A stretch of 45,684 nt of DNA from Bacteroidaceae bacterium. Lineage in GTDB: Bacteria > Bacteroidota > Bacteroidia > Bacteroidales > Bacteroidaceae. The translations under genes and the position numbers were made by a program. This document shows, one piece after another, positions 40,450-45,684 of this stretch. Position 1 is the first letter of the stretch, and every line of letters starts with the position of its first letter. Under the pieces are notes generated by a model. That model had not been told where the DNA came from. It searched no databases and was given only the letters and a program-made list of their open reading frames with translations. The stretch covers positions 1 through 45,684 of the forward strand of contig JBGUGM010000194.1 of the NCBI GenBank assembly GCA_045111535.1. Reading direction: 5' to 3'.

Positions 40450-40635
40450 CGGTTAAAAAGTAAAAAAGTAAAAAAGTAAAAAAGTCATTTTTTCTTTCAC
40501 GTGTACGCGCATAATAAATATATATATAATATATATAATAAATATATAAATAATATTTATTTACCGTACTCCCCCTATTAATAATCCCCCAAACCATGAT
40601 GTTTTTTACCTTTTTACTTTTTTACTTTTTTACCG
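40450..40635. repeat. 186-bp palindrome: (AAAAAAGT)4 arms around an AT-rich core
   Basis: The left arm CGGTTAAAAAGTAAAAAAGTAAAAAAGTAAAAAAGTC (40450-40486) is a near-perfect reverse complement of the right arm GTTTTTTACCTTTTTACTTTTTTACTTTTTTACCG (40601-40635). The 114-bp spacer includes ~50 bp of pure A/T (40511-40562). Confidence 0.9.
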
Positions 40636-40709
40636 TTCAACATTTTTTCAGGGGTTTGATTTCCTCATTTTTGGATGTTTTGGGCAATTTTGGGATATAC
40701 ATTGCAAAA

Positions 40710-40744
40710 AACTTCTAACTCCTAACTTCTAACTCCTAACTTTT
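40710..40744 (+). repeat. 35-bp heptamer module (AACTTCT AACTCCT AACTTCT AACTCCT AACTTTT)
   Basis: Read directly from the sequence. Ends 4 nt before the -7 box at 40748. A truncated version (AACAAGT AACTCCT AACTTTT) sits at 33882-33902. Confidence 0.9.
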
Positions 40745-40747
40745 CAT

Positions 40748-40755
40748 TAACTTTG
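40748..40755 (+). promoter_or_regulatory. -7 box (TAacTTTG) for PurF-like gene
   Basis: CATTAACTTTGCAG, 28 nt upstream of the ATG at 40783. Directly preceded by a heptamer array. Confidence 0.55.
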
Positions 40756-40782
40756 CAGTCGAATTCAAACGCATTACTACTT

Positions 40783-42270
40783 ATGGGAGGTTTTTTCGGG
40801 ACCGTATCAATGGAAAAATGTGCGGCAGACCTGTTCTATGGCACTGACTATCAGTCACACCTCGGTACAAGACGCGGAGGTATGGCTTCGTACAGCAAGG
40901 AGAAGGGTTTCTACCGCGCTATCCACAATCTTGAGAGCACTTATTTTCGTACACGCTTCGAGGCTGAACTGCCTAAGTTTGAAGGGGAGTCGGGCATCGG
41001 TATCATCAGTGACACGGATGCGCAGCCTATGCTCTTCAACAGCCATTTGGGGCGTTTTGCCATCGTGACTGTGGCGAAAATCAACAATATGGAGGAGATT
41101 GCCTCCAAACTGCTGGCTGAGAACATGTATCTGTCGGAGTTCTCGTCGGGCAAAATCAATCCGACGGAGTTGGTGGGCGTGCTGATTGTGCAGGGCAAGA
41201 CCTTTGTGGAGGGCATCGAGAATGTGTTCAAGACAGTGAAGGGCTCTTGCTCAATGCTGCTGCTGACGGAGGATGGCATCATCGCTGCCCGTGACGCTTG
41301 GGGACGCACCCCGATTGTGGTCGGACAGAAGGAGGGGGCAATGGCTGTGACGAGTGAGAACACAGCATTCCCGAACTTGGGTTATGAGACGACTTACTTC
41401 GTGGGTCCTGGCGAGATTGTGCGTCTGCGTGCCGATGGCATGGAGCAGTTGCGCAAGCCCAACAAGAAGATGCAGATTTGTTCGTTCCTCTGGATCTACT
41501 ACGGATTCCCCACTTCTTCGTACGAAGGCAAGACAGTGGAGGATGTGCGTTTCGAGACAGGTCGCGTGATGGGCGAGACAGACGATACGGAGGTAGATTG
41601 TGTGGGTGGCATCCCTGATTCGGGTATCGGCATGGCTGTGGGTTACAGCGCCGGCAGCAAGATTCCTTATCAGCGTGGCATCAGCAAATACACACCGACA
41701 TGGCCACGTTCGTTCATGCCACCAAGTCAAGCGGTGCGTAACCTCGTGGCGAAGATGAAACTCATCCCGAATAAGGATATGCTGCAGGGTAAGCGCTGCC
41801 TGTTCTGCGATGACTCTATCGTGCGCGGCACACAGTTGCGCGAGAACACGAAGGTGCTGAAGGAACTGGGTGCGAAGGAGGTGCACATGCGTATTGCCTG
41901 CCCACCGCTGATTTATGCTTGTCCTTTCGTGAACTTCTCTGCCAGCAAGTCAGAACTGGAACTCGTGACACGCCGTGTCATCAAGGACTTGGAGACGCAT
42001 TCACGCACTGCCACGATGTTGGCAGATGCACAGACGGCACAGAACGTGGAGGTGCCTGCTGAGCGCATCAAGGCATACGCCACCACGAATTCGCCTGAAT
42101 ACAAGGCCATGGTGGAGGAGATTGCCCGTCGCCTGAACCTCGACAGCCTCAAGTTCTCTTCACTCGAAACGATTGTGAAGGCTATTGGCTTGGAGAAGTG
42201 CCAGATCTGTACTCACTGCTTTGACGGCAGTTCGTTCCACTCGCTGGAAGAGGAAAACGTGAATGAATAA
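40783..42270 (+). CDS. Amidophosphoribosyltransferase-like protein (PurF paralogue lacking the N-terminal Cys)
   Basis: 495 aa from the ATG at 40783, which is 28 nt after a TAacTTTG box. Ntn-type GATase-like N-half begins MGGFFG instead of MCG. PRPP-binding loop CLFCDDSIVRGTQ. Cys-rich tail CQICTHC. Confidence 0.75.
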   Translation: MGGFFGTVSMEKCAADLFYGTDYQSHLGTRRGGMASYSKEKGFYRAIHNLESTYFRTRFEAELPKFEGESGIGIISDTDAQPMLFNSHLGRFAIVTVAKINNMEEIASKLLAENMYLSEFSSGKINPTELVGVLIVQGKTFVEGIENVFKTVKGSCSMLLLTEDGIIAARDAWGRTPIVVGQKEGAMAVTSENTAFPNLGYETTYFVGPGEIVRLRADGMEQLRKPNKKMQICSFLWIYYGFPTSSYEGKTVEDVRFETGRVMGETDDTEVDCVGGIPDSGIGMAVGYSAGSKIPYQRGISKYTPTWPRSFMPPSQAVRNLVAKMKLIPNKDMLQGKRCLFCDDSIVRGTQLRENTKVLKELGAKEVHMRIACPPLIYACPFVNFSASKSELELVTRRVIKDLETHSRTATMLADAQTAQNVEVPAERIKAYATTNSPEYKAMVEEIARRLNLDSLKFSSLETIVKAIGLEKCQICTHCFDGSSFHSLEEENVNE

Positions 42271-42271
42271 A

Positions 42272-42434
42272 AAACAACGAATTAAACGAATTACACGAAT
42301 TAAATAAAACTGCGGATAAATAGAAACGAACACGAATCACACGAATAGACACGAATAAAAAATCCGTTCAATTCGTTTAATTCGTGAAATTGGCTACGCC
42401 GAGCTAAAGGTTCGTGTTCAAAAAAATACGTGGT
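42272..42434. repeat. ACGAAT-rich palindromic element, right copy (inverted relative to 35998-36148)
   Basis: By hand alignment, its reverse complement matches the left copy over ~150 bp, apart from one ~15-bp indel. Exact 34-bp core at 42388-42421. Confidence 0.85.
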
Positions 42435-42437
42435 TTG

Positions 42438-43148
42438 TTAATCCAAGTGTTCTACTAAGTAGTCAATGACGCGTTCATTGGCTACTTTTAATGTTTCACA
42501 GGCATGGTGGAGGTTGCGTGAGAACTCCTCGAAAGTTTCGGCACCGCTGTCGCAGAGGTCGGTGACGGACTTGACAAAGAGGATGGGGATGTTGAACAGG
42601 GAGCAGACGAAGGCGACTGCGGCACCTTCCATATCTTTCAGTTGTCCCCCATGCTTTTCGATGATTTCAAGGTCACAGGGTTGCATGTCCAACGACGAGC
42701 CCGTTGTGACCTTGCCCATTTTCATGCCTAAGGCTTGAGCCAGTGCCTGACTTCCTTCCCAGACAGGATAGTTGCCGATGCCCTGTGTGCACCAAGCATC
42801 GTCGCCTGGTACACGGCGATCGTGGAACATCACCCCATTGCCGATAAACACTTCAGCAATGTCGGCACCATGCTTCTTGAAGCCACCACAAGTGCCTGAG
42901 TTCACCACGATGTCGGGGTGCAGACGTTGAATAGCACTCAGGGTTGCCACTGATGCCGCTTCACAACCAATCAGGTTGCTGTCATGCTGCATACCGTTCA
43001 GCACCACGTCGAGGGTGGCGCCATTCACTTCGCCTTCGTAAAGTTCGCAGGGAAGGGGAGCGAAGAATCCTTCCACCTGCTGGATGCCATACCGTTCAAT
43101 GAAGGGCTGTGCTTCTGCCTTCATCGCCACTACGTAACAAATTCGCAT
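42438..43148 (-). CDS. Nucleoside phosphorylase-superfamily protein, MTA/SAH nucleosidase-like
   Basis: 236 aa. MRICYVVAMKAEAQPF N-terminus, SGTCGG, and DMEGAAVAFVC motifs typical of PNP_UDP_1 / MtnN-like enzymes. Confidence 0.65.
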   Translation of the reverse strand: MRICYVVAMKAEAQPFIERYGIQQVEGFFAPLPCELYEGEVNGATLDVVLNGMQHDSNLIGCEAASVATLSAIQRLHPDIVVNSGTCGGFKKHGADIAEVFIGNGVMFHDRRVPGDDAWCTQGIGNYPVWEGSQALAQALGMKMGKVTTGSSLDMQPCDLEIIEKHGGQLKDMEGAAVAFVCSLFNIPILFVKSVTDLCDSGAETFEEFSRNLHHACETLKVANERVIDYLVEHLD

Positions 43149-43171
43149 AGTCGTTTCCGTTATATTGTTTG

Positions 43172-43179
43172 CAAAAGTA
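43172..43179 (-). promoter_or_regulatory. -7 box (TActTTTG) for nucleosidase-like gene
   Basis: Reverse strand reads TTGTACTTTTGCAA, 24 nt upstream of the ATG at 43148. Confidence 0.5.
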
Positions 43180-43184
43180 CAAAT

Positions 43185-43219
43185 TTTTCACTTTTCATTT
43201 TTCACTTTTCACTTTTTTT
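43185..43219 (+). repeat. 35-bp heptamer module (TTTTCAC TTTTCAT TTTTCAC TTTTCAC TTTTTTT)
   Basis: Read directly from the sequence. Ends 3 nt before the -7 box at 43222. Confidence 0.9.
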
Positions 43220-43221
43220 TG

Positions 43222-43229
43222 TACCTTTG
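43222..43229 (+). promoter_or_regulatory. -7 box (TAccTTTG) for GH3 glycosidase gene
   Basis: TTGTACCTTTGTGCC, 44 nt upstream of the ATG at 43273. Directly preceded by a heptamer array. Confidence 0.55.
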
Positions 43230-43272
43230 TGCCACCAAAAACCTAATTATTATCAATAATCAATATTCATCG

Positions 43273-45684
43273 ATGAAAAAACTATTCGCTATTTGCGTTT
43301 GTGCCATGCTCCTTGCAGCACCTGTTTGGGCACAAAAGAAGAGCGCCGTTTCGTTCGACTCTTACGAGTACGACTTCGGAAATGTCAATGCGGCAGAAGG
43401 CGCGATTTGTCACACATTCACATTCAAGAACAAGTCGAAGGCACCTGTTGCCATCGGCGAAGTAAAACCCAGTTGCGAGTGCATTCAGGCACAGTATCCC
43501 GAGGAGGCAGTGGCTCCAGGTCAGTCTGCTTCTGTATTGGTGGTGTTCAATCCAGCCAAGTCCATTGGTAAGAGTTTCCGCAGTGTGCAGTTGCTCGACA
43601 AGCAGGGCAACACCCTCGGTGCACTCTCCATCAAGGCTGTGGTGACTGAAGGACCTGCTCCACAGAAGTACCCTTATCAGAACACTGCCCTGTCTTACAC
43701 GGAGCGTGTGGAGAATCTGCTTTCTCTGCTCACTCCCGAGGAGAAGGTGGGTCTGATGATGAACAAGTCCATCTCAGTGGATCGTCTCGGCATTCCTTCC
43801 TACAACTGGTGGAGTGAGGCATGTCACGGTGTGCGTCAGGGTGACTACACGGTGTATCCTCAGCCTATCGGCATGGCTGCTGCCTTCAATCCTCAGCAGA
43901 TGTATGAAGTGTTCTCTACGGTGTCGGACGAGGCACGTGCCAACTGGAACCGCACCAACCACAATGACCCCAAACTCTTCAACGTGCCCATGGGTGTCAC
44001 TTACTATCCTGGCAACCCAGAGTTGACTTTCTGGTGCCCGAACGTGAACATCTTCCGTGACCCTCGTTGGGGACGTGGTCAGGAGACTTGCGGTGAAGAC
44101 CCCTACCTGAACGCTGTGCTGGGTGTGCAGACGGTGCTCGGTATGCAGGGCAACGACGACAAGTACCTCAAGACCCACGCTTGTGCCAAGCACTATGCTG
44201 TGCACAGCGGTCCAGAGCCCTTGCGTCACTCCTACAACGCTTCTGTGTCAATGCGTGACCTCTGGGAGACTTATCTCCCTGCCTTCAAGGCATTGGTGAA
44301 GAAGGGTAATGTGCGTGAGGTGATGTGTGCCTACAACCGTTATGAAGGCAAGCCTTGCTGCACCAGTGACCGTCTGTTGGTTGACATCCTCCGCAACAAG
44401 TGGGGCTACGATGCCATCGTGCTCACCGACTGTGATGCCATCAATAACTTCTACAACCGTGGTCAGCACGAGACACACGCAGGTCCACTGGAGGCTTCTG
44501 TGGATGCTGTGCTGAACGGTACTGACCTTGAGTGCGGTAAGGTGTTCATGGTGCTGACTGAGGCTTTGGAGAAAGGTCTCATTCAGGAGAGCACCCTCGA
44601 CTACCACCTCCGCAAGACCCTCTATGGACGTTTCGAGTTGGGTATGTTCGACCCTGCCGAGATGCTTCCTTGGGCAAATCTTGCTCCTGAGGTGATCAGC
44701 AGCGAAAGCAATAATGACCTTGCCACTCAGGCAGCCCGCGAGTCGATGGTGCTGCTCGAGAACAGCAAGGGCGTTCTTCCTCTTTCGAAAAACTTGAAGA
44801 AAATCGCTGTGTTAGGTCCTAACGCTGACGATGTGGAGTTGCTGAACGGTAACTATGGTGGCACTCCTACCAAGGCTCACCAGCACTCTCTCCTCGAGGG
44901 TATCAAGAATGCGCTGCCTAATACGGAGGTGTTCTACAAGAAGGCTTGTGAACTTTCTGACGGCTACACCACTATCCATCACTTGCAGGAGTTCAACGGT
45001 GGCAAGGGTATCATGGCTGAGTTCTTCAACAACAACAGCCTGAGCGGTAAGCCTGCTGTGACGAACTACTACAACGAACTGAACTTCTCCACTTTCGGTG
45101 CTTGGGGCTTTGCTCAGGGTGTCAGCAAGGACACGCTGTCTGTACGCCTCTCCGGTAAGTACAAGGCAACCTTCACAGGTGATATGCAATACACCCTCTC
45201 TACCGATAACGGCTATGTGCTCAAGGTGAACGGCAACGTCGTGGAAGAGGCACAAGGCGGTGGTGGTCGTGGTGGCTTCGGCTTCGGCTTTGGTCGTGGT
45301 GGTGCCAACTACAAGTCTTTCCCTGTGAAGGCAGGTGAGACTTACGACATCGTGATTGAGTATAAGCACGGCAATGGCAACTTCGCGATGCTGCGTGGTG
45401 ACATCTGCGAGCGCAAACTCATCGAGTTCGATGACCTCGCCAAGGAAGTGAGCGATGTGGATGCCATCATCATCATCGGTGGTATCTCTGCCCGTATGGA
45501 AGGTGAAGGTGGTGACAAGCAAGACATTGAACTGCCAGCAGTGCAGCAGCGTCTTGTCAAGGCAATGCACGCTACAGGCAAGCCTGTTGTGTTTGTGAAC
45601 TGCTCTGGTTCTGCCATCGCATTCGGTAGCGTGGAAGGCTCTTACGATGCTCTCCTCCAGGCATGGTATCCTGGTCAGGGTGGT
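43273..45684 (+). CDS. Glycoside hydrolase family 3 enzyme with N-terminal DUF1573-like domain and PA14 insert (3' end outside window)
   Basis: Not in the ORF track because it runs off the window; hand-translated from the ATG at 43273. Signal peptide, YDFGNVNAAEGAICHTFTFKNKSKAPVAIGEVKPSCEC (DUF1573-like), and GH3 blocks FRDPRWGRGQETCGEDP, KHYAVHSGPE and VLTDCDAI. PA14-like GIMAEFFNNNSLSGKP. Open to base 45684. Confidence 0.88.
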   Translation, partial: MKKLFAICVCAMLLAAPVWAQKKSAVSFDSYEYDFGNVNAAEGAICHTFTFKNKSKAPVAIGEVKPSCECIQAQYPEEAVAPGQSASVLVVFNPAKSIGKSFRSVQLLDKQGNTLGALSIKAVVTEGPAPQKYPYQNTALSYTERVENLLSLLTPEEKVGLMMNKSISVDRLGIPSYNWWSEACHGVRQGDYTVYPQPIGMAAAFNPQQMYEVFSTVSDEARANWNRTNHNDPKLFNVPMGVTYYPGNPELTFWCPNVNIFRDPRWGRGQETCGEDPYLNAVLGVQTVLGMQGNDDKYLKTHACAKHYAVHSGPEPLRHSYNASVSMRDLWETYLPAFKALVKKGNVREVMCAYNRYEGKPCCTSDRLLVDILRNKWGYDAIVLTDCDAINNFYNRGQHETHAGPLEASVDAVLNGTDLECGKVFMVLTEALEKGLIQESTLDYHLRKTLYGRFELGMFDPAEMLPWANLAPEVISSESNNDLATQAARESMVLLENSKGVLPLSKNLKKIAVLGPNADDVELLNGNYGGTPTKAHQHSLLEGIKNALPNTEVFYKKACELSDGYTTIHHLQEFNGGKGIMAEFFNNNSLSGKPAVTNYYNELNFSTFGAWGFAQGVSKDTLSVRLSGKYKATFTGDMQYTLSTDNGYVLKVNGNVVEEAQGGGGRGGFGFGFGRGGANYKSFPVKAGETYDIVIEYKHGNGNFAMLRGDICERKLIEFDDLAKEVSDVDAIIIIGGISARMEGEGGDKQDIELPAVQQRLVKAMHATGKPVVFVNCSGSAIAFGSVEGSYDALLQAWYPGQGG

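Noticed and set aside
40403-40597. 64-aa ORF (…YYLYIYYIYYIYIYY…)
   Set aside because: It is a translation of the A/T-only core of the palindrome. The low-complexity artefact spans the repeat arms.
40450-40635. CRISPR array
   Set aside because: Units are 7-8 nt with no spacers, there is no cas gene, and the arms are inverted rather than direct. The heptamer modules elsewhere likewise lack repeat-spacer structure.
40270-40750. Purine/ZTP-type riboswitch upstream of the PurF-like gene
   Set aside because: No match by eye to the purine or ZTP (pfl) conserved cores. The only promoter-like box is 28 nt from the ATG, so this region is probably not in the mRNA leader.
40753-40782. TTG start at 40753 for the PurF-like gene
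   Set aside because: That start overlaps the TAacTTTG -7 box itself (40748-40755). The ATG at 40783 gives the MGGFFG N-terminus at the position where Ntn amidotransferases begin.

Overview
This 45.7-kb segment reads as a Bacteroidota chromosome, most likely Prevotellaceae (Prevotella/Segatella-like). The signs are TAnnTTTG -7 promoter boxes ahead of most operons, a T9SS C-terminal sorting tail, a BspA-type LRR surface protein and GH51/GH3 glycosidases. About two thirds is core housekeeping: rimP-nusA-infB, cvpA, sufBCD, ribF, hisS, rpsO, typA, acpP-fabF-rnc and tyrS. The accessory or unusual content is as follows. (i) A 1257-aa orphan membrane-anchored protein (235-4008). (ii) A five-CxxC zinc-ribbon protein next to a stand-alone receiver (14673-16638). 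(iii) A kinase-less Cache-HAMP-DHp sensor translationally coupled to a complete histidine kinase (30499-33890). (iv) A tightly coupled ABC-type ATPase + DUF4435/TOPRIM pair (PARIS/OLD-like) preceded by a 69-aa Gly-rich, acidic-tailed ORF (33894-35983); this is my best candidate for a defence-type system. (v) A 1292-aa LRR/T9SS surface protein. (vi) A 6.1-kb segment bracketed by inverted copies of a ~150-bp ACGAAT-rich element. (vii) A repeat-dense 750-bp intergenic region containing a 186-bp palindrome. (viii) A recurring 35-bp module of five tandem heptamers, seen at least six times, both abutting promoters and in frame inside three genes. I recognised no rRNA, tRNA, CRISPR array, transposase or integrase. 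All functional calls rest on motif recognition by eye, not on database searches.
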